A stretch of 64,000 bases of DNA from an uncultured archaeon (GTDB lineage: Archaea; Thermoplasmatota; Penumbrarchaeia; JASLWR01). Below the pieces are notes generated by a model. The model saw only the letters and a list, made by a program, of their open reading frames with translations. It was not told where the DNA came from and did no database searches. The position numbers and the translations under genes are program-made. The stretch is from positions 1-64,000 of the forward strand of contig CAYFHS010000007.1 in the NCBI GenBank assembly GCA_964342815.1, given 5' to 3'. How positions within the stretch are numbered: position 1 is the first letter of the stretch; each line of letters opens with the position of its first letter. Of this stretch, positions 27,741 to 37,633 are shown piece after piece.

Positions 27741-29573
27741 GTGGAAATGCCGGAAATTATCCGATTATCCGAGCACACTGTGAACCAGATAGCTGCCGGC
27801 GAGGTCATTGAACGTCCAGCCTCGGTTGTGAAAGAACTTCTGGAGAACTCAATAGACGCCGGTTCGACCCGTATCGAGATCGACGTGGTGAACGGTGGGA
27901 AGAAGCTAATAAAGGTTACCGATAACGGCAGGGGAATACGCGAGGATGAGATGGCGGTAGCCTTTTTAAAACATACTACCTCGAAGATTCGGGAGATTGA
28001 TGACGTTTATTGTTTGACCACCATGGGTTTTCGCGGAGAAGCGCTGGCAAGTATAGCATCGGTAGCAAAGGTGGAAGCGTTCTCCAGACATTTGGAAACA
28101 AGCAATGAGATCGGGTGCCACATTTTCATCTCGGGCGGAAAGCTTGTCTACAACGAGAAACAGGCAGCAGCGCCTGGAACCACTATCAAGGTGCTTGACC
28201 TCTTCTTCAACCTTCCTGCCAGAAAGAAATATTTAAAGACCACGGCAACCGAACTTAAGCATATCATAAAGGTGGTAACTTCGCTGGCCATGATCAATCC
28301 CGATATACACTTTATACTTAAGAACAACCGCCGCCCATTGCTGAACTTTCCCTCATGCACAGATGAAAAAGAGAACCTGTTCCATATCCTGGGTGCCGGT
28401 GATACGAGAAAAATGATCGAATTGGATAACTCTTTGGATTCGGTGGCGGTAAGTGGCCATATTGGCATCCCGGAATTTACCCGCTCGACCCGGTCTGGTC
28501 AGTGGTTCTTCGTCAATGGGAGACATGTGGATTCAAAGGTGATCCGAGAAGCGCTCGAGGATGTATTCAAGGGCATTCTCATGAGGAAAAAACACCCGGT
28601 TGCCATAATATCGGTTCGGATAGATCCAAGGGACATGGACGTGAATATCCATCCAACGAAAAGGGAAGTGAAATTTCAAAACCGAGACGCAGTCTATGCG
28701 GCTGTTTTCGAAGCAGTGGGAAAAGCGCTGGAGATAAAGGGCATCATGGTGAAAAAATCCTACTCATCTCCATCCCGGGAGAAGGATGCGGGCAAAAGAG
28801 CGTCCAATGATTTCCCCCTTGTCCCCCGGCGTATTGAAGCAAGCTCCCTTCAAACTACCCTGATGGAGGATGTGTACGATTCAAGGATCCCCGATTCGAT
28901 TCGAGAGGGCAAGGTGGAGTGGGGAAGAAGCGGTTTTGGTACCGAGCCGAAATATTATCGGGATTACTTGGATAATTATGAACGACATGAGCTGCCTCTT
29001 CTGCGAGTTAGAGGACAGATACATAATCTCTATATCATTGCCGAGAGCAAGGACGGTCTGGTAATCATTGACCAGCACGCTCTTCACGAAAGGATCATGC
29101 TGGAGAGGGTAACCGCACAGTACGCCAAAAGGGCCATTGCAACGCAGGAGCTGATAGTCCCCCTGGATATTGGACTTTCGTCGGTACAATCCACAACATT
29201 CGATGAATGGAGGGGCCGCCTTGCCCGCATCGGATTTGGAATCGAACATTTCGGCGGAGACAGCTATAGGGTTCGATATATTCCTGCTTCAATTCAGCTC
29301 AGGGAAGCTAAAAAACTGGTGCTGGACATCATTGACAAACTGGTGGAGGAGGGGAAAAACGTCTCTCTGGAAGAGATGGAGGAAGAGATATTGAAGATGA
29401 CGGCCTGCCGAAGTGCTATCAAGGCAGGGCAGTCTCTGGACCGGGCAGGTATTGATGAGTTGCTCTGTCAGATGTATAGGGCAGAAAATCCATATTTTTG
29501 CGCTCATGGAAGACCAACCATGGTGAAGATCAGCCTGGGAGAACTGGAAAGAATGTTCAAGCGGAAGGTTTGA
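27741..29573 (+). CDS. mutL: DNA mismatch repair endonuclease MutL
   Basis: 'NQIAAGEVIERPASVVKELLENSIDAG', 'GFRGEALAS', 'DVNIHPTKREV', 'DQHALHER', 'CAHGRPT'. Confidence 0.97.
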   Translation: MEMPEIIRLSEHTVNQIAAGEVIERPASVVKELLENSIDAGSTRIEIDVVNGGKKLIKVTDNGRGIREDEMAVAFLKHTTSKIREIDDVYCLTTMGFRGEALASIASVAKVEAFSRHLETSNEIGCHIFISGGKLVYNEKQAAAPGTTIKVLDLFFNLPARKKYLKTTATELKHIIKVVTSLAMINPDIHFILKNNRRPLLNFPSCTDEKENLFHILGAGDTRKMIELDNSLDSVAVSGHIGIPEFTRSTRSGQWFFVNGRHVDSKVIREALEDVFKGILMRKKHPVAIISVRIDPRDMDVNIHPTKREVKFQNRDAVYAAVFEAVGKALEIKGIMVKKSYSSPSREKDAGKRASNDFPLVPRRIEASSLQTTLMEDVYDSRIPDSIREGKVEWGRSGFGTEPKYYRDYLDNYERHELPLLRVRGQIHNLYIIAESKDGLVIIDQHALHERIMLERVTAQYAKRAIATQELIVPLDIGLSSVQSTTFDEWRGRLARIGFGIEHFGGDSYRVRYIPASIQLREAKKLVLDIIDKLVEEGKNVSLEEMEEEILKMTACRSAIKAGQSLDRAGIDELLCQMYRAENPYFCAHGRPTMVKISLGELERMFKRKV

Positions 29574-29703
29574 TCCTGAAACTTTTTGGCCCACCCTTTC
29601 CACCGCAGCCGTGCATCAATAAGTTTTAGGAGGGAAATGTTTTTTATGGTAATATCAGTATACTCCCCGAAAATCTGTGAGTAAATATAAAGCTGGTGGT
29701 GGC

Positions 29704-29940
29704 ATGAAAGCATTTAGGATTATCGGAAACTTCAAAATGGGCTCTAAGCAGGCAACATTCACCAAGGAGACCGTTGCAAACAGCAGGGATGAAGCCGTTG
29801 AGAAGATACTGTCGGTGATCGGTTCAAAACACAGGGTCAAGCGCAAGACGATCCATATTGAATCGGTAAGAGAACTGAAAACGGAAGAGATCGAGAATAC
29901 CTATGTCCGGGAGATGTTGGAGGTAGAGGATGGAAAGTGA
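29704..29940 (+). CDS. rplX: 50S ribosomal protein L18Ae/LX
   Basis: 'MKAFRIIG.F', 'IGSKHRVKR..I.I'; conserved position before pfdA-ftsY. Confidence 0.9.
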   Translation: MKAFRIIGNFKMGSKQATFTKETVANSRDEAVEKILSVIGSKHRVKRKTIHIESVRELKTEEIENTYVREMLEVEDGK

Positions 29941-30385
29941 TCCCCGTGTAGTGATGATGAAACAAAAGCTCCACGAGTACTATTCGGTGATAGAGTCGCT
30001 GAAAAAGATGAAAGAAACGGTCCTCAAGGATCAGGAAGTCATAACCAACGCGCTCATCCAGCTAAAACAAGCAGGACGCACTTTGAGTGCCGTGGAGGGG
30101 AAAAAGGGAGAGAAGGTCGATATGATGGTTCCGGTAGGCGGTTCCGCCTTCGTTATGGGCCGAATGGAAGTTTCCCCCAAAGCTCTCGTAAAGATCGGTC
30201 CTGACCTTTTGGCTGAAAAGGACATTCCCGATGCGATTCAAACCCTCAACAACCGCTCCGAGGAACTGGAAAAAGGCATTAAGGAGAATGAGGGAAGATT
30301 CAAGGCGTTACAGGAGAAGGAGTGGGTCACAGTGGCACAGATCGAAGATCTCAAATCATTATTATCCAAGACAGATCTGGGTTGA
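29930..30385 (+). CDS. pfdA: Prefoldin subunit alpha
   Basis: 'MMVPVGGSAFV', 'LVKIG....EK...AI..L'; synteny with rplX and ftsY. Confidence 0.9.
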   Translation: MESDPRVVMMKQKLHEYYSVIESLKKMKETVLKDQEVITNALIQLKQAGRTLSAVEGKKGEKVDMMVPVGGSAFVMGRMEVSPKALVKIGPDLLAEKDIPDAIQTLNNRSEELEKGIKENEGRFKALQEKEWVTVAQIEDLKSLLSKTDLG

Positions 30386-30410
30386 TACTGATTTTGCGAG
30401 GGCGTAAAAA

Positions 30411-31490
30411 ATGTTCAATTCTTTGAAGAAGAAGCTGAAAGGTTTTCTCACCAAAGCCTCAAAGGACCTTGATGAGGAAGACAAAATCGACGGTCCCACA
30501 GTTCGAAAAAAGCGTAAGGCTGATTCAGCCTCTTCCAAGAGGAAAATGAGGGTCAAGAAGAGGGGGGCAAAGGAAAAAGAGGATCCCAGTAAATGGTCCC
30601 GAATGGAAAAGACAGAGATCCTGAGCGGGATCGAGGGCGGATTCGGTGGAAAGAAGATCAACAGGAAAAAGCTTGACGATGTGATCTGGGAGCTTGAGAT
30701 CGCATTATATGAAAGCGATGTAGCTACTTCTGTGGTGGAGGAGATTAAGAACAAGCTGAAGTCCGAAATTCAAGGTATCAGGATACGACGTGGATTGTCT
30801 CTTGAAAAGGTTATCACGCGCGCCCTTAAAAATGCGATCTCAAACGTGCTCGCCATTGAACCCTATGACTTTGACAAAGTAGTGGCCAAAAGCGAAAGAC
30901 CAATAATACTGATGTTCGTAGGTGTTAACGGTACGGGAAAGACAACGTCAATAGCGAAGATTGTCCACAGGCTGCACCTTAACAATTACAGCTGCGTGGT
31001 GGCAGCATGCGATACGTTTCGAGCTGGAGCCATCCAACAGTTGGAAAAACACGCGAAAAAGCTGAATGTTAAACTTGTAAAGCAAGAGGCAGGGGCGGAT
31101 CCAGCAGCCATCGCTTATGACGCCGTAGAGCATGCCCGGGCGCGTAAGAAGGACGTCGTACTCATCGATACCGCAGGGAGAATGCATTCCAATGCGAACC
31201 TGATGAGCGAGATGGAGAAGCTTAAAAGGGTGGCAAAACCGGATGTGATCATATTCGTGGGCGATGCCCTTGCGGGTAACGATGCTGTCGAGCAGGCAAT
31301 GAAGTTCGAGGAATGCGTAGGTATCGACGCCGCCATACTCTCGAAGATAGATGCCGATGCAAAAGGCGGGGCTGCGCTGTCCATTGCTCATGCGGTTGGA
31401 AAACCGATCATGTTCGTAGGCGTGGGTCAGGAATACAATGACCTGCAGGAATTCAACCCTCACTGGATGCTGAAACGTCTTTTCAATTAA
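30411..31490 (+). CDS. ftsY: Signal recognition particle receptor FtsY
   Basis: 'GVNGTGKTT', 'DTFRAGA', 'DTAGR', 'SKIDADAKGG', 'GVGQEY.DL'. Confidence 0.97.
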   Translation: MFNSLKKKLKGFLTKASKDLDEEDKIDGPTVRKKRKADSASSKRKMRVKKRGAKEKEDPSKWSRMEKTEILSGIEGGFGGKKINRKKLDDVIWELEIALYESDVATSVVEEIKNKLKSEIQGIRIRRGLSLEKVITRALKNAISNVLAIEPYDFDKVVAKSERPIILMFVGVNGTGKTTSIAKIVHRLHLNNYSCVVAACDTFRAGAIQQLEKHAKKLNVKLVKQEAGADPAAIAYDAVEHARARKKDVVLIDTAGRMHSNANLMSEMEKLKRVAKPDVIIFVGDALAGNDAVEQAMKFEECVGIDAAILSKIDADAKGGAALSIAHAVGKPIMFVGVGQEYNDLQEFNPHWMLKRLFN

Positions 31491-31562
31491 TGAAATTCAC
31501 CGGCCCGGCAGTAAGAATACTCTCATTATATTGTCTAAATCGTTAGAGACAAGGAGGGGAAA

Positions 31563-32087
31563 ATGTCAACGAAGTATGAAAGGGAGCTCGTAGGTATATT
31601 GAGGGGAGATAGAAAAGTGGTCCGTAAGGCCTCAAAGACCATGACGTTCATTGAAAAGGGAAAATTCAACAAGATACTGGAGGACCCCTTTCTGGTTCTT
31701 CGGGCCGCAGGCTCGCTGGGTGTGGACTTGGCTGCCCTCAGGGGAGACATATCCTTTCCCATCGAGGTCAAATCGTCCATCAAGAACAAGTTGTATCTGA
31801 ACAGCGATCAATTGAAAAAACAGGCGGAGAAGATGATAAAGGTCTGCCGGAGTACGGGGGTAATTCCCCTGTATGCCTATCGTTACAAGAACGTCCGGGG
31901 CGACTCGTGGAGGATGTTCACGCTTCCCATAGACGGATTGGTGGGCAGGAATCGGACATTGTATGAGACGATTCCCACTGTCAAGGTGTCTTCAGGTGGA
32001 AATTATGTATTGGAATGGGAAAATGGAATGCCGCTGTCCGCTCTAATCGATTACCTGGACTATAGAGGAAAGGGAAAACAAGTTTGA
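31563..32087 (+). CDS. hjc: Archaeal Holliday junction resolvase Hjc-like PD-(D/E)xK nuclease
   Basis: 'YERELV', 'RAAGSLGVDL', 'IEVKSS'. Confidence 0.8.
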   Translation: MSTKYERELVGILRGDRKVVRKASKTMTFIEKGKFNKILEDPFLVLRAAGSLGVDLAALRGDISFPIEVKSSIKNKLYLNSDQLKKQAEKMIKVCRSTGVIPLYAYRYKNVRGDSWRMFTLPIDGLVGRNRTLYETIPTVKVSSGGNYVLEWENGMPLSALIDYLDYRGKGKQV

Positions 32088-32218
32088 GACTCGATGGATC
32101 CGGCAACGCAACCGGCTGGGAAAATATTATTAAAACCGTTACCAAATAATATATATCATCTAATTGATTATATGCTGTTCAATTAATAATATACGAAAAA
32201 GCGGCAGGTAGTGATTAA

Positions 32219-33922
32219 ATGAAATTACGGTTTGATCGAAATGGTTCGTCTAGAATAGCTCTGACCTTTTTTCTTGCGGGTTTGCTTTTTGGAACCGCTC
32301 TCCTTTTATGGACGCCAGCAAATACTGGTGAGGTGACTTATCCTAAGGATTATACCCATCGGCCAATGCTTGAATGGTTCACGGGTCTGGGCTGTCCTCC
32401 CTGTATAAACGGAGCTCACCCGGCAATGGAGGAGGTCATGAAGGAGCGGGATAATATCAGCGGCGAGCCTTTCCATATGGTGGTATTCCATAATAACCTA
32501 TCCGGTTCCCAGAGAGACGATCTGGCCACGGAAAAGAGTACTGCCAGATTCGATTATTACAAGGATGACCTGACCGGGGAAGGCATTCCTAACATGATTT
32601 TCGACGGGGGTTTCAACGAACTAAATCCGCAGGACCCGGATGCGATTTGGGAGGAGATCAATGCTGCGGGGGAACGAAATGTAAAGAAAGCAACGTTATG
32701 GGTGCAATTCGAGCTTAGGGGTGACCGTCTGAAATTCTATGTCAAGGCGAACAATATCGACAATACTCAGATCCAGGGCAGTCTCTACGTTTTCATAGTC
32801 GAAAACGATGTAATAGCCTACAGCTCCGTTGCGGACGATAACATAAGCAGCGAGCTGGTTTTCAGAGATTACGGTATCGAGGGGAGAAGCATAGGCATCG
32901 ATGCAGGGGGATGGTTCAATACAAGTGAGGAATGGGTAATAGACCCCAATGCCACGGTTCCCATTAATCCGGAGAAACTGTCGGTGGTTGCCGCCCTTTA
33001 CGATCGTGCGGACCTCGCTTCCGCCAAGCTGCCGCCAAGTCTCGACCCAAGCAACCACTACAAGAAGCCCACGCCCCGATGCATACAGTCTGCCACACCT
33101 GAATCCACCGAACACGACGGCGGATTCCCGGTGGATCCTTCAAAGATAACCTTCGGCTCAATTTCCCACACGCCCACGGAACCGACCCCGGACGATGAGG
33201 TAACTGTTTCCGTTACAATAATTTCCACTTATGACCTGGTCTCGGCAACCCTGAATTACAATGATGGGAAAACCCATTATCCGCCCTTCGAAATGACGAA
33301 ATCTGGCGATAACTACACAGCCGTTATCGGTCCTTTCAAGGACGGTGACACTGTAAATTACAATATTAGCGCTGAGGATGATATGGGAGTCATTGTAGTT
33401 TCACGCGATAAATCCTTCGAGGTTAAGGAGAAACCGGATGACGATGATGACGACGATGACGATGACGATGATGTTAGTGATGATGATATCGGTGACGACG
33501 ATGACGATGAACCGGATGGAAGTCTTACCATTAGCAACGTAAAGATCGAACCCGAAGTACCGTATCAGGGCGTCGATGTGAGGATATTTGCAACGGTGGA
33601 ATCCAACCACGATATAAGCTCGGTAGAGGTCAGCTACTGGGTGGAGGGCGCCACCCCTTCCACGAAGGACATGAGGAAGTCGGGCGGCGAGTATTACGCC
33701 AATTTAGGAAGATTCGACGACGGTACGATACTGTTCTACCAAATTAGCGCAGAGGATGAAGGTGGAAATGAAGAGACCGGCCAGGAACTATCAATAACAA
33801 TCGGAAGCGATGGGGATGGCACAGACTCAACAAAGGATGATACGCCGGGATTTGGGATCCTAGAAGTCCTTGCATTGCTTCTTGTTATTGTTATTGCCGG
33901 AATATTTTTACGTAGCCGTTGA
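32219..33922 (+). CDS. Secreted thioredoxin-fold (Omp28-like, CPPC) protein with Ig-like domains, Asp run and PGF-CTERM sorting signal
   Basis: Signal peptide; 'EWFTGLGCPPC'; two similar 'I....P..P...V.(V/I)...(I/V).S..(D)..S..L.Y' modules; C-terminal 'TPGFGILEVLALLLVIVIAGIFLRSR'. Confidence 0.8.
   Translation: MKLRFDRNGSSRIALTFFLAGLLFGTALLLWTPANTGEVTYPKDYTHRPMLEWFTGLGCPPCINGAHPAMEEVMKERDNISGEPFHMVVFHNNLSGSQRDDLATEKSTARFDYYKDDLTGEGIPNMIFDGGFNELNPQDPDAIWEEINAAGERNVKKATLWVQFELRGDRLKFYVKANNIDNTQIQGSLYVFIVENDVIAYSSVADDNISSELVFRDYGIEGRSIGIDAGGWFNTSEEWVIDPNATVPINPEKLSVVAALYDRADLASAKLPPSLDPSNHYKKPTPRCIQSATPESTEHDGGFPVDPSKITFGSISHTPTEPTPDDEVTVSVTIISTYDLVSATLNYNDGKTHYPPFEMTKSGDNYTAVIGPFKDGDTVNYNISAEDDMGVIVVSRDKSFEVKEKPDDDDDDDDDDDDVSDDDIGDDDDDEPDGSLTISNVKIEPEVPYQGVDVRIFATVESNHDISSVEVSYWVEGATPSTKDMRKSGGEYYANLGRFDDGTILFYQISAEDEGGNEETGQELSITIGSDGDGTDSTKDDTPGFGILEVLALLLVIVIAGIFLRSR
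33437..33510 (+). repeat. GAY trinucleotide repeat encoding a poly-Asp linker
   Basis: DDDDDDDDDDDVSDDDIGDDDDDE within 32219..33922. Confidence 0.85.
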
Positions 33923-34046
33923 AATATTGATTTTTCCAAAACTGATATTCCCGGCCCCTCTACCTAATATTGAAAATAATGGTCAACCGGACTGCCCAGG
34001 AAAAAACGGGGTAAATTATATACCCCATCACGAGTCTTCCTGAGTT

Positions 34047-34496
34047 ATGGGCGACGCACCACTCCACGTACCTGACAAGGTGATCTGCGAAAAGTGCAAG
34101 TACAGCTATAAAAGTGCAGTCACCGTGTTTGCAGCGAAGGACGTGACCTATGAATCAAAATGTCCCCAGTGCTCCCACCTCAACAAGAAGAAACTGAAAA
34201 AGGAGACCATACTTAATTTGACCAAGGCTGGCAGTGAGAACGCATCAGCGCCTTCCTCGAACACAGCCAAAAGAGCGCCAGACATATTCAAAGGGGCCGA
34301 CCTAAAAGGACTATATATCTCCGTTGTGGCCGTTTGCAGCTATATACTTGGGTGGATAATTCAATGGCTCTCCGAGGATGGGAGTTCATTTCTTCACAAC
34401 GTAGGTAGTTTTCTCGGGAAGCTAGCGGTACCGACCTTTGGACTCGGGGCTGCTCTTCTGTTGTATGCAATTGCCTCGAGAAAGTACCCCGAATGA
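34047..34496 (+). CDS. Small zinc-ribbon protein with two C-terminal TM helices
   Basis: 'CEKC...CPQC'; two hydrophobic segments. Confidence 0.7.
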   Translation: MGDAPLHVPDKVICEKCKYSYKSAVTVFAAKDVTYESKCPQCSHLNKKKLKKETILNLTKAGSENASAPSSNTAKRAPDIFKGADLKGLYISVVAVCSYILGWIIQWLSEDGSSFLHNVGSFLGKLAVPTFGLGAALLLYAIASRKYPE

Positions 34497-34505
34497 TCTT
34501 TGATA

Positions 34506-36272
34506 TCAAGCGTAATAGAATTCTCCCGACGATTTCTGCTCACGGTCGAGCCTGGAATCCAGCTTGTTCACACGGGGACGATGCGTCTCCTTATCCCTTC
34601 TGAACGTCACGTCGAGATTTTTCAAAAATCGGTTCATTCCGTTTCTCAGGTCGAAGGGCCCAAGGGCGATCCCAAGCTGGGAGGGCTTACCGGTAAATAC
34701 CATAAGAGAGTCCGAGATAAGGTCAATAAAATAAACGTCGTGGTCCACAACCAGCGCGGACGATGATGATTTCTCAACCACCCGACGTATAACCTTCGCC
34801 GCTTCCATACGTTGGTTGGAATCCAGATAGGCCGAGGGTTCGTCGAGAAGGTATATGTCGGCACTCTTTCCAAGCGTAGCTGCGAGAGCGACTCTCTGAA
34901 GTTCACCACCTGAAAGATTTCCCACATTTTTGTTGTAGAGCTTGTTCATTGCCAACGGTCCTTCCACATGAGCTTTGTAAAAGCCCGATTCAGCTTCCTC
35001 ACCCAGCTCGATGTAGATATACTCTCTTACGCTGCAGTCGTGTTCGATGCTGATATATTGGGGTTTGTAAGCCAGCTCAAGTTCTTGCGGAACCTCGCCG
35101 GCATCGGGTTCGAGTTTTCCTGCCAGCATCTCCACTAAAGTGGTCTTCCCTGTGGCATTTGGACCCACCATCCCAATAACCTCTCCGTAATGAACGGTCC
35201 CCTTTCCCGTGCTGAGTGAGAACGAGGGGAATTTCTTTTTCAATTCCGGAAACTCAAGCATGGCCCCCGCCGGCCACTCCCTGCGGGGAGGTTTGACCTC
35301 AAACTTGATCTCGTAGTTCCTGAAACGGATATTCTCCTTCTCGAGAAAGCCGCCAAGATACGTATTGATGGCGTTTCTTGCGCTTCGGGGCTGGGCTACC
35401 ACGCCATACGCGCCTTCCGAACCGTACATAAGGTATACCGACTCGCTCAGGAAATCCAAAATCGCCAGGTCGTGCTCGATCACCATTACCTGTTTTTCCC
35501 GGGACAGTTCCTGAATGACCTTGGATACATTCAGCCTCTGATAAATGTCGAGGTATGATGAGGGTTCGTCGAAAAAGTAAATGTCAGCGTCCTTGAGAAC
35601 CGTGGCGGCAATGGCTACACGCTGCAGCTCACCCCCGGATAGTTTTCCCAGTTCCCGTGTTTTTATCCTGTCGAGCTCCAGTCTCTCGATCATTTCATCG
35701 GCCTTCTTTCCACTGTCGACTCCATGTAAAAGCTCGCTTACGGTACCGGATATTACCTGGGGAAGCTTGTCGACATACTGGGGCTTCAGCGCCGGTCTGA
35801 CCGTCCCGTGGGCCAGTTTCGAGAAATAATTGAACATCTCCGTACCCGCATATCTATCCAGTACCTTCTCCCACTGTCCTTCCTCTTCGAAGGAGCCCAG
35901 GTTTGGTACCTGCTGACCCGAGAGTATATTGATGACGGTGGTCTTTCCTATCCCGTTTGGACCCAGGAGACCAATGACCTTTCCCTCCTGCGGGGCTGGT
36001 AATCGGAAAAGTCGGAAACCGTTCTCTGAGAACTGATGGACTATCTCTTTTTCAAGTTCTTCAGCGAGATTGATGATCTTTATTGCGTCGAAGGGGCACT
36101 TGTGAATGCATATTCCACAGCCCACACAGAGTATCTCGCTTATCTCCGGAATTCCTTTTTTCCCAAGTACTATTGTCTCGTCGCCCATTCTTACGCGCGG
36201 ACAGAACTTGTAACACTCGTGGGAACATTTTTTCGGCTGGCACCTGTCACGCAATAGTACAGCAATCCTCAT
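34506..36272 (-). CDS. rli: Ribosome recycling/biogenesis ATPase ABCE1 (RLI)
   Basis: N-terminal Fe-S 'CQPKKC..EC..FCP' and 'CVGCGIC..KCP'; two ABC domains with 'LSGGELQR'. Confidence 0.97.
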   Translation of the reverse strand: MRIAVLLRDRCQPKKCSHECYKFCPRVRMGDETIVLGKKGIPEISEILCVGCGICIHKCPFDAIKIINLAEELEKEIVHQFSENGFRLFRLPAPQEGKVIGLLGPNGIGKTTVINILSGQQVPNLGSFEEEGQWEKVLDRYAGTEMFNYFSKLAHGTVRPALKPQYVDKLPQVISGTVSELLHGVDSGKKADEMIERLELDRIKTRELGKLSGGELQRVAIAATVLKDADIYFFDEPSSYLDIYQRLNVSKVIQELSREKQVMVIEHDLAILDFLSESVYLMYGSEGAYGVVAQPRSARNAINTYLGGFLEKENIRFRNYEIKFEVKPPRREWPAGAMLEFPELKKKFPSFSLSTGKGTVHYGEVIGMVGPNATGKTTLVEMLAGKLEPDAGEVPQELELAYKPQYISIEHDCSVREYIYIELGEEAESGFYKAHVEGPLAMNKLYNKNVGNLSGGELQRVALAATLGKSADIYLLDEPSAYLDSNQRMEAAKVIRRVVEKSSSSALVVDHDVYFIDLISDSLMVFTGKPSQLGIALGPFDLRNGMNRFLKNLDVTFRRDKETHRPRVNKLDSRLDREQKSSGEFYYA

Positions 36273-36341
36273 ATTTCATCACCCTTGAAAGGCATTTTAC
36301 CGATGATAGTATAATATCGGCGGTTGTTATTTAAAAAAAAG

Positions 36342-36419
36342 TGGCGCCCCGAACGGAATTTGAATCCGTGTCCTCGGCTCGACAGGCCGAGATGATGGGC
36401 CGGGCTACACCATCGGGGC
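36342..36419 (-). tRNA. tRNA-Asp (GUC), CCA encoded
   Basis: Cloverleaf: GCCCCGA/TCGGGGC acceptor stem, TCGGC-CTGTCGA-GCCGA anticodon arm, ACGGA-TTCAAAT-TCCGT T arm, then G-CCA. Confidence 0.97.
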
Positions 36420-36607
36420 ATCCATACAATAGGTGGTGTGAGGGTAAGATATTTTATATATTAAAGATTTTGGAGAATTTTTTACCGGCCAATGGTTATC
36501 TGCCTTCATGGGACTACAATACCAAGAAGATGACCACAATGGTTATTTAGTTCGACCGGTATTTACCGATATCCAAATTATCAATCTTACATTTCGTCAA
36601 TAAAATT

Positions 36608-37438
36608 ATGGTGGTTTTCTTGTTTGAGCGCGTTCTAATAACGACCGATAACGTCGATATCATCGACAATGCGTTGATCTACATCGATGCCATGTTCCCC
36701 AAGGCCAAGCTTCATGTTATATCCATTCATGACAAGAGCCAGGTCACAACGGAACATCTGGATAACGTATTCAACAGACTTTCCCAGGAAGGAGCGGAAG
36801 AAACCGCTATCCTCACCGAAAAGAAGCTCAAACATTTGAAAATGAAGGCAAAGGTGACTGTACTGGAGGGAAAACCCTCTAAGGAGATCGCGTCTTACGT
36901 AAAAATGAACGATATAGACATCATCATCGCCGAGACATATGACAAATACGGTCTCCAGACAAAGAAACTGGAGCCCCTTCTCGAAGAACTCGCCCGCCAG
37001 GTGAAAGTACCGCTACTGGCAATGAACACACCTGACAACCTCCGAAAACCATCCAGGGTCCTAGTGGTTACCGACGAGACTCAAAAGATCACTAACGTCA
37101 AGCGTCTCCTAAACTATCTTTATTCATCCTACAAATGCGGCTTCACCTTCATGGTCCCCAGGGCGGATGCCAGAGGAGTAAAAACTAAGTTAACGAAACC
37201 CATACTGGATATGGGCCTTTCCCTGAAGACCAAGAGGGCGCGGGTAGGTACTTTAACCAATCTTACGTCTCTCGCAAATGCCGCAATCGAACATTCACAG
37301 ACCCACGATCTGGTGGTATTCTCTCACCACGAACGAAAGATGGCTGACCTTTTCTCGAATTCTCTAAAACAGATTTTTTTGAGGTCCAAGGTTCCTGTAA
37401 TCGTGATCTATCCTCATCACAAAATAAAAAGTAACTGA
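36608..37438 (+). CDS. Tandem universal stress protein (UspA-like)
   Basis: 'EGKPSKEI..Y....IDIII', 'VKVPLL', second degenerate domain ending 'VPVIVI'. Confidence 0.75.
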   Translation: MVVFLFERVLITTDNVDIIDNALIYIDAMFPKAKLHVISIHDKSQVTTEHLDNVFNRLSQEGAEETAILTEKKLKHLKMKAKVTVLEGKPSKEIASYVKMNDIDIIIAETYDKYGLQTKKLEPLLEELARQVKVPLLAMNTPDNLRKPSRVLVVTDETQKITNVKRLLNYLYSSYKCGFTFMVPRADARGVKTKLTKPILDMGLSLKTKRARVGTLTNLTSLANAAIEHSQTHDLVVFSHHERKMADLFSNSLKQIFLRSKVPVIVIYPHHKIKSN

Positions 37439-37633
37439 GATTTTTTTCCACCAATTTCTTCAACCCGATATCGTACATCCAGTAGAATATCTCATCAATA
37501 AATATTTAGAATTATAACAATTTATAAATTGGGATTCGTGCTTTTCTATGATCGTCAGAATTTGCGCTGAAAACAGAAATGGAAACCAAATCAATAAAGA
37601 AAAATCAATCCATATGAATGTCATAAAAAAAAA

